A stretch of DNA of 64,000 bases from Acidobacteriota bacterium (GCA_040005235.1 JBDTZG010000003.1:64001-128000), one strand, 5' to 3'; positions 9,098 through 19,913 are shown, numbered from the stretch's first letter. The notes: a model not told the origin generated them from the sequence alone. Translations and numbers: made by a program.

Positions 9098-10075
9098 ATG
9101 ATTCGCTCCCTCCTTCGCATCTTCTCCACCGTGGTCGGAATCCTCGCGCTGGCTTGGCTCATGATTTTCTGGTTGGTTCGCCAGCCGATGCGCGCGGCGC
9201 CGCGGCGAATCGAGAGACATGCCGACCCTCGCCGCTTACGCGACGATGTCCAGGTGCTGGCCCGAGATTTGGTTCCACGCGACGTGGCCCATCCGGAGAA
9301 CCTCGACCGCGCCGCCCTCTATATCGCCAGGCAGTTCGAGCTGGCCGGGCTGGCTCCGGAATTCGAGCGCTACGAGGCGCGCGGCGGGAAGTACGCCAAT
9401 GTGGTGGCGAGGATCGGTTCGGGACGATCCCCGCTGGTGATCGGCGCGCATTACGATGCCTTCGGCGAATTCGGTGCGAATCCCGGAGCCGACGACAACG
9501 CGAGCGGTGTCGCGGGGCTGCTGGAATTGGCGCGGCTGATCTCGGGCCACAAGATTCCGGGCGGCCTCGAGTTGGTGGCATTCTCGACCGAGGAGCCGCC
9601 GTTCTTCGGCTCGCGTCAGATGGGCAGCGCCGTCCATGCCGACCGGATGCTCGCGAGCGATCGCCGCTCTCGGGGGATGGTCTCGCTCGAAATGATCGGT
9701 TACTTCACCGAACGGCAGCCCTGGCCGAGCGCCCTGCTCAGAGCGTTCTATCCGACTCGCGGCGACTTCGTGATGCTCGCCGGGCGGAGAAGCGATCGAG
9801 CGTTGATCCGCGCGCTCAAGCCGGGGTTTCAGGGGGGGTCATCGGTTCCGATGGTGAGTTATGCCGGCCCCTTTGTGGGCGGCCTTGATGCTTCAGATCA
9901 CGTGAGTTTCTGGGATCGCGGCCTGCCGGCGGCCGTGCTGACTGACACTTCCTTTCTCCGCAACCCGCGCTACCACGCCTCGGACGATACTTCCGGATCT
10001 CTCGATTACCCGCGCATGGCCGCAGTGGTCGACGGCCTCGCGAACGCGGTACTCGGTCCCGTCGCACCGCCTTGA
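9098..10075 (+). CDS. M28 family metallopeptidase, membrane anchored
   Basis: VIGAHYDA, PGADDNASG, FSTEEPP, LEMIGYF, SDHVSFW and YHASDDT; N-terminal TM segment. Confidence 0.92.
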   Translation: MIRSLLRIFSTVVGILALAWLMIFWLVRQPMRAAPRRIERHADPRRLRDDVQVLARDLVPRDVAHPENLDRAALYIARQFELAGLAPEFERYEARGGKYANVVARIGSGRSPLVIGAHYDAFGEFGANPGADDNASGVAGLLELARLISGHKIPGGLELVAFSTEEPPFFGSRQMGSAVHADRMLASDRRSRGMVSLEMIGYFTERQPWPSALLRAFYPTRGDFVMLAGRRSDRALIRALKPGFQGGSSVPMVSYAGPFVGGLDASDHVSFWDRGLPAAVLTDTSFLRNPRYHASDDTSGSLDYPRMAAVVDGLANAVLGPVAPP

Positions 10076-10205
10076 AGCGTACGCCCGTCGAAATTCCGGA
10101 GCGCGTCCGTCTCTCTTCTCGCGTCACAGAGCTTGAGCCTAAACGCGAATGTTTTTCGCGTGTCTGGTGGAGAGCAAGGACAAACACCAACGCGAAGGAG
10201 ACCCT

Positions 10206-10634
10206 ATGCACCTCCGGATCTTGACCACCCTCATCTTTGTCGCAGTCTTCGGATTCCTCTTGCCCACGACGGCTCGTGCCCAATTCCCCGACATCACCGA
10301 GAGCTCCGGTCACTACAGAGACGCGACCCAGAAAGCCGCCGACTGCTACGGCAGGGGCGCCCGAGCGCTCAAGAAGGCGCAGAAGCAGGCGGCGGCCGGC
10401 GAGACCGAAAAGGCCCGCGAGAACTATCTCCGGGCCAAGAAAGAATTCTCAGAAGCGGTTGGTATGCAAGAGGGCTATTTCGAGGCGCTCCTCGGCCTCG
10501 GCCAGTCCTATCTCGCTCTCGGCCAGAAAGAATCGGCGCTCGACGCCTGCGTCCATGCGCTGGCGGCGAAACCGAAGAGCGCCGACGCTCAGGCCTGCGC
10601 CGAATCCGCCCGCGGCCCGGCGGCGGCCGGCTGA
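10206..10634 (+). CDS. Exported TPR-like protein
   Basis: GAAGGAG RBS, signal peptide ending ARA/Q, and TPR-like EALLGLGQSYLALGQKESAL. Confidence 0.75.
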   Translation: MHLRILTTLIFVAVFGFLLPTTARAQFPDITESSGHYRDATQKAADCYGRGARALKKAQKQAAAGETEKARENYLRAKKEFSEAVGMQEGYFEALLGLGQSYLALGQKESALDACVHALAAKPKSADAQACAESARGPAAAG

Positions 10635-10654
10635 GAATTAGCCGCAGGCGCTCG

Positions 10655-10825
10655 CTGCTCCTCGCCCGGGGACTATCCTCCATGCTGTTCGGCCTGGCCA
10701 CCACCGATCCGCTCACCTACGCCCTCGTCGCGGCGGTCCTCTTCGGCTCCGCCTTCGCCGCCTGCCTTCCCGCCCTCCGCCAGGTGATCGGCACCCGGCC
10801 GACGCTAGCGTTGCGGGGGGCGTGA
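10655..10825 (+). pseudogene. 3' remnant of an ADOP/FtsX-like ABC permease
   Basis: LLLARGLSSMLFGLATTDPLTYALVAAVL...PTLALRGA* parallels the last TM and tail of the intact permease at 37143-39599 (GLEGFDPLAL...DPTAALRAE). No start or RBS. Confidence 0.75.
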
Positions 10826-10839
10826 GCGGGGCGCGGGGC

Positions 10840-11892
10840 CTAGTGCAAATACACCGGCCGGGCGATCACCTCGCCGCGCCGGTGACGTAGATCGATCGTC
10901 GCTTCTCCGGGCTTGAATCCCGAGAAGTCGTCGCGGTTAACTGTGAGCACGTACCAGCCGGAGATCGAACGGGCGAGCCGGTGGGTGGCGAGGCCGGGGA
11001 GCCGGAAAGTGCTCGAATAGGTGCCGCCGGTTGCGGCGGCCACCCCTTCGAGCCCCACTTCTAAAGAGTGAGAGTCCGCGCTGGTGACGTCGAGCACAAA
11101 GACCGAAGTCTTCGCGGCGGCCAAAGCGGCTACGGCCGGACGGAAATCCGGCGTCATGCGGACGCTGCCCCCGAAACCGAATCGACCTAAGCCCCAACCG
11201 AGATAGATCATCGTCTTCTCGCCGGGCAGAGGGCTGAGCGCCTTCGCGGTCATTTCGAGCGCCCGCTCAGGGCTCGCGACCCGGAGCGCCTCGGCGAAGT
11301 CGAATTGTGCGGCCAAGGAGGGGTGCGGGGACCGCGGGACGTCCACCTCCGGCGTGTAGACCCTCGCCCGATCGACCGCATCGAGCACGGCTTGCCGGTC
11401 GGTGGTGAAATCGAGCCAGAGCTTAAGATGGGAATCGAACGAAACCACCGCGACGCGATCCGACGGAGCGAAGCTCGCCACCAGCTCGCGGGTGTAGGGG
11501 CGCAAGCGCAACTGGCCGGAAATCCGAGTCGGGTTCAAATCGGCCTGGACGAAGAAGACGACCAGCTTGCCAGGCGGCCGCACCGCTTGCTCTGCCGGCT
11601 TCCACCGCTCGAATTCGGTGACCTCCACCTCCGGCAGGCTCGCTTCGGACTCCGAGGAAACCCAATCGACGCCGGTCACTGGAATTTCCCGCCCATGGAC
11701 CGTAATCCGGAAGTCATCGGGGACGAGCCCGAGGATCGGCCGGCCGTCGCCGTCCACCACTCGCACGACGATCGTGTCCAGCGCGACGGTGATCGCATCG
11801 TCGAAATGCTCTTGCGGCGAATCGGTCGCCGCGGCGCCCTTCACCGTAAAGATGAAGCCAGCCACCAGGAGAAGGAAGGTCAAGCGTCGCAT
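10840..11892 (-). CDS. Acidobacterial-type VWA-domain protein, exported
   Basis: Signal peptide; VRVVDGDGRPILGLVPDDF, DRVAVVSFD...LDFTTDR and AAATGG. The MIDAS motif looks degenerate. Confidence 0.8.
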   Translation of the reverse strand: MRRLTFLLLVAGFIFTVKGAAATDSPQEHFDDAITVALDTIVVRVVDGDGRPILGLVPDDFRITVHGREIPVTGVDWVSSESEASLPEVEVTEFERWKPAEQAVRPPGKLVVFFVQADLNPTRISGQLRLRPYTRELVASFAPSDRVAVVSFDSHLKLWLDFTTDRQAVLDAVDRARVYTPEVDVPRSPHPSLAAQFDFAEALRVASPERALEMTAKALSPLPGEKTMIYLGWGLGRFGFGGSVRMTPDFRPAVAALAAAKTSVFVLDVTSADSHSLEVGLEGVAAATGGTYSSTFRLPGLATHRLARSISGWYVLTVNRDDFSGFKPGEATIDLRHRRGEVIARPVYLH

Positions 11893-12057
11893 GATCTTTG
11901 AGTCTAACCTGTGCAGAATCACTCGTTGGAGCGGTCCCGTCCCACGAAACGCGAGGTCCGGCCCGAGATCGAGCTTCCGTCGGGCTCCTCCATCCGGACG
12001 CGAGCTCCTTCGCAGTCCGATCTAAACCTCCAACCCTGCGGCGATTCCACCTCTGCG

Positions 12058-15000
12058 CTACTTACCCGGCTCTCGATCGGCTTCCTCCAGGGTCGGCCCC
12101 ACGGGCACTTCAAGGGGGTGCATGACCGGACGTCCCCAGCTCAAGACGTGCCCGATGCGTCGTTCCTGGTTGATGTCCTGGCTTGCGATTCGCACCAATT
12201 CCTCGCGGACGCTGGGGCGAAAATCCAGCAAGCCAGGCCACCAGCCGTTCTCCGACCGGGGCGTCAGAGAGGCAACGACCAGGTTGCCGCCGATGTTCCG
12301 ATCCAGCTCCTGCGCGCGGGAAAACAAAAAGGAGAGCACTTCGGGCGAGGAGCGGAAAAGTTGTCCGCCTTCGAGCTGCGCCTGCTGCAGGGCATGACGG
12401 AATCCGCCGGGTGGCGGCACCGCGTCGTCGAGGGGATCCGGCGAGGCGTTGAGGATCAGCACCTGCCGCGCGTCGGACATGGACGCGGCTTCGAGCGGGA
12501 TGTTGTGCGCATACCCTCCGTCGACGAGATGGACCTCGCAGCCGTCGGGCAGGCGGGCCAGATGCGGAGGGAAGACCGGAAAGGCCGATCCCGAAGCAAA
12601 GACCGCATCGAGGGCACGGGCGGGCGCCGGCTTACGGAAGACCTGCCACGGGCCCCCGGTCGGCGTGCCGCAGCCTTCCTGGCCTTCGAAGCAAAAATAG
12701 AGTCCTCCGGCATTGATGGTCCGGGCCGAAGAGCATTGCGTGGCGCGGAGCAGCGTGCCGGTCACCACCAGGTTTGCCTGGAAGCTGCCGGTCCACAACT
12801 GATCCTCCGAAAGCGCCTCTCCGAAGGCACGGACCGCCCGAACGTTGCTATAGACGGCCGGCGCCACCAGCAGCACCCAACAAGCTATGCAGAACGCAAA
12901 CAGGCCGACCATCGTGCCGGCAAGGCTCGTCGTGACCACGCCGCGCCGATCCCTCATCAGCCCGTCGAGGCCTCCCCGCAGGAAGCACGGGACGCGCCTG
13001 CGCGGGGCATGAGCGAAGAAGAGCAGGGCGACGGACGCGACCACCCCCGCACCGATTAAGCCGGACCAATAGGGGCCGGTCAACTCGAGCATCGATCCGT
13101 ACCCGGTGGCGGTCGCCGCCACGAGGGGAAGAAACGCGGCGCCGATTACGGTCGCAGCCGCCGCCATCGCGGCGACATAGCTGTGATCTCCGCGCACGGC
13201 CAAACCCCAGCGACCGCTTAGGGCACCGGTAGCAAGCGCCGCGGCGATGACGAACACTCCGGCGCTCGCCAGTACCGACAGGCCGGGCAACGGGACTCTA
13301 TGCAAGCCTTCCGGCAGACCGCGGAGCCAATGTCGCGCGACCAACGCGATACCCAGAAGCTGGACACCGAAAAGGAGGCCGACCGCGGCGAGCCGGCCGA
13401 GCAGCCTTGCCACGTCCGTGGGACTTTCATGCTTGCTCTCTCGAATGACGCAGGTCATGCAGAAATGCGCGAGGATACAGGTCAGGATGTAAAACACGCC
13501 CTCGGCCGCGGGAACGGTTTCCATATATTCGCTGCGCGTCGTGACGATCGCGACCGCTCCGGCAACCACGATCAGGAGCGCGATGGCCAACACCCTCCAA
13601 CTGCCGGCTTTCTGGACCGAATCCGGAGGGCAGGCGCCATATCCCCACCAATTGAAGGTCTTGGCTCCGAGAAAAACGAGCTGCATCACGAAGAGCAAGA
13701 CAAAAATGCTCAGCAGGCGGGGAAAATCGGCCATCGGAAAGAGCGGCTTGCCGGACGTCGACTCGACGATTTTCCGCAGCGACCCCACCTGCGGCAGCTG
13801 GGCAGCGAAGAATGCCAGCATCGCGCCGCCGGAAGTACCTATGATCGTATGCACGATGAGCGGGTCGGTAGAGTTCTTCGGAATGGTTTCGGCTTGCCCG
13901 GTCGGGATTTCTGGGTTACGGAGCTGCCGGGACGATTTGCGCCCCGCCCCATACAACTCGTCGAGCAGGACCGTCTGGTACAAGCTCTTGACGCCACCAC
14001 CCGAAAGCACGAGCGCCAGTCGCGCGGTACGGGAATTCTCCTGATCCTGGCGCAGGAATGCCATCGTTTCGTCGATGGTGAAATCGAACAGTCCGTTCTC
14101 ATACCAGCGGGTATTGAGTCGTGCGAGCTCCGGGTCCTGGGTCGCATCGTGGCTGAACAACCGGCTGACTTCAGCACGGAATCGGTCATGGGTCGCGGGG
14201 TTGTACCAGAGGACCGATTTGTATCTTCCTCCCCGCGTTCCCATGTTCTTCTGGATTTCCGGCGCTAGGAAAACATTCCCCAAGCTGGCGCGATCCACTA
14301 CTTCACCGCCGGCGACCTCCTCCACCAATTGACGGCGAACCAGAAGGACGTCATTGGGGATGCTGGGAGAATCCTCCGGCAAGCGACCTGCCCGGTAGTG
14401 CATCGGTGAGCCAAAGCGCGCGGAGTCAGGAGGGTGATAGGAAAACGTGATCGTCGAAGACGCATCCTCTGCGGGCAGGGCGCCATGCATCAGCGTCAAG
14501 TGTGCGTTTTCGAAGTAGAGCCGCCAGAAGCGGGATCGCTCGACCTTGTCAATTTTGCCTTGATCCAGCCAGTTCTCCACATACAACGCGGGCATGATGA
14601 AGCCGGAAGTAGAAAGGTGGGCCACCAGGTCGACCCGAAACTCCGCGCGGATCTTCTCGATCTCTTTCCGAACGGCCGGCGCATCGGGCTCTCCTTTCCG
14701 CACCGCGACGAGCAACGAAGAGAGGTACTGGTCGAAGCCCGTAATCGGGTCGTCGCGCCAGCGCCCCGAAGCCACGATCCAGGGATAATGCGCGGCAATG
14801 TCCTGTGAGTCGCCCGCCTCGGTGGGGATCCCCGAGCCCTCAGAGAATTCCAATATCGAGAGGGCTTGGCTGTCGCGTTCGAGCAACATAGCCATGAAGG
14901 GGGACACGATCGCCGCGTCGATCTGGCCTGTTTTGAACCAGGATAAGATCTGATAGTAGTTGCCGAACGCCAATTCGAAATCAAGTGGAACTTTGAGCGA

Positions 15001-15261
15001 AGGCACATCCTTCGACTTTTGCGCAACCATCCCCAGATACCCATCGACCACCCGAAGGTTGTCCTGCTCGGATTTAGAGGCGGCGAAGTTGAACGTCGTA
15101 TATCCGACCCGCACCACACGCGGCTTCGGACGGGCTGGGAGGGTTTCCGGCTGCGCGGCGGATGCAACAACCGTGTCGGCCTGCGAACGAGCCGCCGCTC
15201 CGGACAGCAGGACGGTCAAAAGACCCGAGATCACAAAGGCTCCTTTGCTTGAGGAAGTCAT
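12058..15261 (-). CDS. Fusion of an N-terminal substrate-binding-like domain and a multi-TM patatin-like phospholipase
   Basis: Patatin motifs LSGGGVKS, GTSGG, ASGSAFPVFP and LVDGG, with about 8-10 TM helices between GTSGG and DGG. N-terminal GNYYQILSWFKTGQIDAAIVSP, STSGFIMP and IPND resemble PhnD-type binding proteins. Confidence 0.78.
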   Translation of the reverse strand: MTSSSKGAFVISGLLTVLLSGAAARSQADTVVASAAQPETLPARPKPRVVRVGYTTFNFAASKSEQDNLRVVDGYLGMVAQKSKDVPSLKVPLDFELAFGNYYQILSWFKTGQIDAAIVSPFMAMLLERDSQALSILEFSEGSGIPTEAGDSQDIAAHYPWIVASGRWRDDPITGFDQYLSSLLVAVRKGEPDAPAVRKEIEKIRAEFRVDLVAHLSTSGFIMPALYVENWLDQGKIDKVERSRFWRLYFENAHLTLMHGALPAEDASSTITFSYHPPDSARFGSPMHYRAGRLPEDSPSIPNDVLLVRRQLVEEVAGGEVVDRASLGNVFLAPEIQKNMGTRGGRYKSVLWYNPATHDRFRAEVSRLFSHDATQDPELARLNTRWYENGLFDFTIDETMAFLRQDQENSRTARLALVLSGGGVKSLYQTVLLDELYGAGRKSSRQLRNPEIPTGQAETIPKNSTDPLIVHTIIGTSGGAMLAFFAAQLPQVGSLRKIVESTSGKPLFPMADFPRLLSIFVLLFVMQLVFLGAKTFNWWGYGACPPDSVQKAGSWRVLAIALLIVVAGAVAIVTTRSEYMETVPAAEGVFYILTCILAHFCMTCVIRESKHESPTDVARLLGRLAAVGLLFGVQLLGIALVARHWLRGLPEGLHRVPLPGLSVLASAGVFVIAAALATGALSGRWGLAVRGDHSYVAAMAAAATVIGAAFLPLVAATATGYGSMLELTGPYWSGLIGAGVVASVALLFFAHAPRRRVPCFLRGGLDGLMRDRRGVVTTSLAGTMVGLFAFCIACWVLLVAPAVYSNVRAVRAFGEALSEDQLWTGSFQANLVVTGTLLRATQCSSARTINAGGLYFCFEGQEGCGTPTGGPWQVFRKPAPARALDAVFASGSAFPVFPPHLARLPDGCEVHLVDGGYAHNIPLEAASMSDARQVLILNASPDPLDDAVPPPGGFRHALQQAQLEGGQLFRSSPEVLSFLFSRAQELDRNIGGNLVVASLTPRSENGWWPGLLDFRPSVREELVRIASQDINQERRIGHVLSWGRPVMHPLEVPVGPTLEEADREPGK

Positions 15262-16424
15262 GCGATCTCGCCTCCGTGGGACTCATCGGTAGCCTTCGAC
15301 CTTCGAACGGCAAAGGCTCCCGCCGCGACCACGAACATGCCGAGCGTGAAAAGGCACCAGAGAAGATAGGGTCTCCAACCGGCCTCATCCTTCTCGCCCC
15401 GATCCGCCAGAGCAATGTACCAGCCTCCCTCGACATCGCTCGACAGCCGGCGGACGAAAGCGATGGGACTCGTCTGACGGGACTCTCCCAGAGGCCACGA
15501 CGCTTCGGCTCCCGGTGCGAGCCCTTTAAGCGGGGGAACGGCCCCTTTGCCAAAGAACGCGTCCTGCGAGAAGACTCTGATCCCTTGACCGTCGAGGAGC
15601 TCCGTGTCGATGTCCTGATCGTGCGCCGCGAAAGCGAGAAGCCCCTCCAGTTCTTTCGGATCGACGACCGCCTTGAGAACGCCGACCGCACGCCCGTCGG
15701 CGGTCACCACCGGCAGCACCACGTCATAGCCGAACAGCCCCGCGCTGGGATCCCAATCGACCCCCCCGATGTGGACGCACTCCATGGGGAGATGGCGGCA
15801 GCGAATCAATGCCTTCTTTAGCCTCGCCGCTTCGGCCAGCTTCGCTGTTTCCCATGCAACTGTCTTCGCCGCCTCCGTCAGGTTTGGATCTGACGATACT
15901 TCCGGCTCCTTCGGCTCGAGGCCCTTCGGCCACCAGGGGTCGTCATCTTGCCGATAGTCCTCGGTACGATTCGAAGCCGCGATCACCCTTCCCTTCAGAT
16001 CACTGAGGAAGATTTCGCGAAAGGCGCTCCCGCTGGCATCCTTTAATTCTGCGAAGTAAGTGGAAAGAGGGTTGTTTTCTTGGATTTCTTTGAACGGATC
16101 TTCTTTCCCCTGACTCGCGAAGGTCGTCCAAAACTTTTCCCTATCCTCGTCGGCCTGGGTGCGGGCAATCTTCGTCGACTCTTCAGCCAGTTCGACGACC
16201 TCGGGAATCACCGTGAGGTAGCCCGTCACGCCGACCACCCGCTTGATATAGGTGTCGATGAGCGACGCCAGGCGTTCGGTCTCGACGGACATCTCCTCCG
16301 GTCTTTCATGTTCGCCTGCCACGCGCAACGCCCAGAGGGACTGAAAGGCGATCGCGATGACGAAGACGGGACCGAGGACCAACAGCCAACGCCAAGTCGA
16401 CAAAATCCCTCGAAGCTGCGACAT
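15258..16424 (-). CDS. Membrane-anchored Cache-like sensor with no cytoplasmic output domain
   Basis: TM - extracytoplasmic domain (EIFLSDLKGRVIAASNRTEDYRQDDDPWW; VLPV...GVLKAVVD) - TM - about 14-aa tail. ATGA overlap with the downstream gene. Confidence 0.75.
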   Translation of the reverse strand: MSQLRGILSTWRWLLVLGPVFVIAIAFQSLWALRVAGEHERPEEMSVETERLASLIDTYIKRVVGVTGYLTVIPEVVELAEESTKIARTQADEDREKFWTTFASQGKEDPFKEIQENNPLSTYFAELKDASGSAFREIFLSDLKGRVIAASNRTEDYRQDDDPWWPKGLEPKEPEVSSDPNLTEAAKTVAWETAKLAEAARLKKALIRCRHLPMECVHIGGVDWDPSAGLFGYDVVLPVVTADGRAVGVLKAVVDPKELEGLLAFAAHDQDIDTELLDGQGIRVFSQDAFFGKGAVPPLKGLAPGAEASWPLGESRQTSPIAFVRRLSSDVEGGWYIALADRGEKDEAGWRPYLLWCLFTLGMFVVAAGAFAVRRSKATDESHGGEIA

Positions 16425-16778
16425 CGGCCACCTCTTGCCTGAACGCCAGAGTAAGTCTGGAGCGATGGTCTTCGTCCGCTCCGCGAAAGTGAGCTTCAAC
16501 GCGGCGCTTCGCGGAGAAGCGGAAGGAGTAGACGGACGCACTCTCCAAAGATCCTCCGATCGGCGGCCGAACGGTGAATTACATTCGGGCCTCCGCCGCC
16601 GTGATACGCTCTCGCTACCCCATTCGGACCGAGCGGAACGACCGCCGCTTCAAGGAGGCACCGGCTGGCACGGGTTCTTTTGAGCTTAGGACAGCGGTTC
16701 TAAGGGGAGGCGGTAGGAGCTGACCGTAACCTTTGGGACGGCGCCGCGGCCAGCTCGGCGTCGGCGACGGATCGTCTT

Positions 16779-19700
16779 TCACATTTTTCCCGGAGGCACG
16801 TCTTTGTCTCGGTTCGGTCTCTCCTCTGACTCGTCCGTATAACCCTTCACAAACACTGCTTGCAAGATTGGCTTATCGCCGGCGATTATGGCCACAACAT
16901 GGACACCGTAGCTCAATCCTTCCGACGTTGAGATCTTCGTGCTCAACTTCCCATCCTTTCCAAAACGCACATCCTTGTTGACCGCAATATCGTCGATGGT
17001 CACTACCAGTGGTGCGCCGATGAGCTCGGAATCCGGCTTCGCTCCCGCAGCCCACAGCCACACGATTCCATCAGATCCCAGAATCGGAAGACTTGGGCTG
17101 GGAATACTCGTGCTCACGAACAACGAAGGATGGATAAGGTTGGACGTTGGCGACTCGTGTGTCTGCAACAGGTCCGCAACCGACTGAATCTGATCCTTCA
17201 GGTTGTCGACTACCTCGATCGGTTGATCGTTCGGCTCCGTCATCGATGTGATCTGAGCGAATCCCTTTCGAATAAAATCTGAATCCGACGAGATGATGGC
17301 GTCAAGTGTTCCGTTCTGCATCACCAGACCATTGACGACCTCTTTGTTCTTCAGCGCAGCCTGAGCAGCTATCTCACCGTCGAATCCAATTCCCTTGTCG
17401 CTTTCCTTAACGGGAAGCGCTGGGGAATCATCTGCCTTCCCGAGGTATCGCATAAAGTTGCTTCCCGGCGAAACCGTGATCTCCTCGACCTTGCCGTCCG
17501 ACCCGAGCTTGAGCCCGTTGATATGTCCATTGCTTATCACCACGGTGTCCCGAGCGTTGTAGGGAAGCGCGCTCTGGATAGCCATGGAGTTGCCACGAAG
17601 GCGAACATTACATCTCGATCGCGGACAGTAGTCGGCGACCGGAAACGGCGCGCGAATGTGGCGAAAGTCCAGCTTCCACAGTCCTCTGCCATAGCTGGAA
17701 GCGAATCCTTCGTTGTTACTAGTCATAAAGAAGCCGGTGCAATAAAGGATTGCTTCGGAGCCCCGGACGTTGGCCCACGTTCTGCCGCCGTCGCCGCTCC
17801 AAATTATGCCCGCCTCGCGAGTGCCAATGAGGATCCGCTGCGAATCAAACGGATCAAAGTAGATCGTCGTAACCTCCATCCCGTATGCGTGCTTCCCGGG
17901 GTCGTTCGCATCGAAGGTTCCCAGTCGGTATTGGTGGTATCTTGTTACTAGATTCGTGAGCTCAACATCGGTCTCCCAAGTGCTGCCGCCGTTCCTCGTA
18001 ACCTTGATTACACCGTTCACGATGTCGGGCGCGATGATGAAGGCCGCATTGAGCGGATCAACGCCGAAAACCGCCGAGTAGTCGAAATTCGTAGCTCGCA
18101 TCCCCAGACTTCCGTTGTCAGGAAGATAGATAATCTGCGACGCGCCGTAAGACTGGTTGGTTCTTAGATCGAACCGGAAAAGACCGAGGCGTTTGTCAGC
18201 GCCGGAGGCGTCTGAGAATGAGCCATATACGAATTGGTGGTCCCCATTCCTCGACGGCTTTGGAAAACTGCTTGGAGTAAAGGGTGTCTCGCCTATCATG
18301 AGCCAGTGGTCACCGTTGTCTTCGGATTTGTAAATCTCTGGATACGATTCGTGCGGCAATCGATAGCGCACCCAGGTGCGCGGGCTGACGTAGAAGGGCG
18401 CCGCAAAATCCGCGAGGTAGCCGGTGCGGGAGCCGCGCACGTTTTCCGGCACCTCGCGCTGCGCGTCCAGGTTGCCGTTGGCGAACATGCTCCTCCACCT
18501 GGGATCCGGTCGGACTGAATTCCACGCTACCGTTGCCATCCCAGGATCGGAGACGTAAGGAGCGACCTGAGCGTAAAAACCTTCGGGTGAGCTCGCCCGG
18601 GGCCAGGTGACTCCACCATCAGGGGAGCTCCAAAGCGAACCATTGTCCTGAGTTGCGAAATAAAGCGACAGATCGGCTCGATCATAGACTGTCCCCGCTA
18701 GTGCGGTGATTTGATAGGAGTTAAGACCCGATCCTCTTACCGCCGCGCGCTCCCAATGTGTGGAGCTCGAGTCCGTCGGTTTGAAAACGCCGCCGTCTGA
18801 TCCATATAGCAGAGGCAAGCCCGCCGAATTGAGTGCCATGAATCCGGAGTCATCATGGATTCCGTCGTCGCGGCTAAAGCTCCTCCAGTTGAACGGTCCC
18901 GTTCGCAAGGCGTCTGCGATGTCCGCGCAAGTGCGACGTAATAGCTGGACACCTGTGCCGGCCCAAATTTCGAAGCCGTTAGCGCCCGCAGGCCGGGCCG
19001 AAATGCGAACGAACGGATTTCGGCTCAGCCGGCCGGCTGCCGGCATAGGGATTGGCGTGAATCGGTTCGCTCCCATCTCATAGAGAAACAGATGGTCGTG
19101 ATCCTTCAATACGAATACCTTGTCCAGATCTCCCGGCCAGGCATCGACCTGTTTGAACGAGCCATCGACGTTGAAGTTGCCCCGAAAAACATTGTCCCAG
19201 GTGCCCTCCGGCGTCAGCCGAAACACGCCAAGCTCTGACAACAAAACTGCTCGGTTGTGCGCCAACGCTACGATGGAATGAGGTCCCCCCCCGACGGGTG
19301 TGTCCGTCCAGTTGTCGCCATTGTCCGTACTGGTGGCTACCCCGAAGTCCGTGGCGACGTATATCTTTCGCCGGTTGTCCGGTGCCACGCTGATACCGTT
19401 CGCTGCGCCATGCCAGCCAAAGCTTGCGGCCGTCCAAGAATCTCCGCCATCGTGGCTCACCCAAATTCCGCTGTCGTCGACCATCTTATTGGTGCCCTGA
19501 ACCGTTGCGATGAGAGTGTCACCCTCTGCATAGGCAACGTCCTTCGACGAGATGGCTCTAAGATTTGTGAGATGGCGCCAGTTAGCACCGCCGTTTGACG
19601 TCTTCCAGAGGCCTCCGAATTCGGTGGAGAAGACGATCTCGGAATCATTATTGGGTTTCACGGCAATGGCATGAGTCCGCCCGCCGCACAACGGAGACCG

Positions 19701-19850
19701 ATCGAAAGTCGGCAGAAGGTAGGGTGGGAACTCGGCCACGCTTTGCGCTAAGGCGGAGCCCATGAAGAGTGTGACCAAGCCGCAAGCAACCATTGCGCTC
19801 ATGCAGTGCAGCCGGGGCTTCCTACGCGGGCCAAATGGTCGGTTGGACAT
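16779..19850 (-). CDS. Large exported BNR/Asp-box beta-propeller protein (glycosyl-hydrolase/VPS10-like)
   Basis: Repeated Asp-boxes (TSNGGANW, SHDGGDSW, STDNGDNW, SPDGGVTW, SEDNGDHW, TRNGGSTW, SGDGGRTW) and SYGRGLW; AAGGAGG RBS; visibly more AT-rich codons than the flanks. Confidence 0.85.
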   Translation of the reverse strand: MSNRPFGPRRKPRLHCMSAMVACGLVTLFMGSALAQSVAEFPPYLLPTFDRSPLCGGRTHAIAVKPNNDSEIVFSTEFGGLWKTSNGGANWRHLTNLRAISSKDVAYAEGDTLIATVQGTNKMVDDSGIWVSHDGGDSWTAASFGWHGAANGISVAPDNRRKIYVATDFGVATSTDNGDNWTDTPVGGGPHSIVALAHNRAVLLSELGVFRLTPEGTWDNVFRGNFNVDGSFKQVDAWPGDLDKVFVLKDHDHLFLYEMGANRFTPIPMPAAGRLSRNPFVRISARPAGANGFEIWAGTGVQLLRRTCADIADALRTGPFNWRSFSRDDGIHDDSGFMALNSAGLPLLYGSDGGVFKPTDSSSTHWERAAVRGSGLNSYQITALAGTVYDRADLSLYFATQDNGSLWSSPDGGVTWPRASSPEGFYAQVAPYVSDPGMATVAWNSVRPDPRWRSMFANGNLDAQREVPENVRGSRTGYLADFAAPFYVSPRTWVRYRLPHESYPEIYKSEDNGDHWLMIGETPFTPSSFPKPSRNGDHQFVYGSFSDASGADKRLGLFRFDLRTNQSYGASQIIYLPDNGSLGMRATNFDYSAVFGVDPLNAAFIIAPDIVNGVIKVTRNGGSTWETDVELTNLVTRYHQYRLGTFDANDPGKHAYGMEVTTIYFDPFDSQRILIGTREAGIIWSGDGGRTWANVRGSEAILYCTGFFMTSNNEGFASSYGRGLWKLDFRHIRAPFPVADYCPRSRCNVRLRGNSMAIQSALPYNARDTVVISNGHINGLKLGSDGKVEEITVSPGSNFMRYLGKADDSPALPVKESDKGIGFDGEIAAQAALKNKEVVNGLVMQNGTLDAIISSDSDFIRKGFAQITSMTEPNDQPIEVVDNLKDQIQSVADLLQTHESPTSNLIHPSLFVSTSIPSPSLPILGSDGIVWLWAAGAKPDSELIGAPLVVTIDDIAVNKDVRFGKDGKLSTKISTSEGLSYGVHVVAIIAGDKPILQAVFVKGYTDESEERPNRDKDVPPGKM

Positions 19851-19913
19851 GGCAACCTCCTTCGGAGTGGGGATGCCCGCGAAGTGTAGCACCGCCCGGT
19901 CATCGAACCGGCC

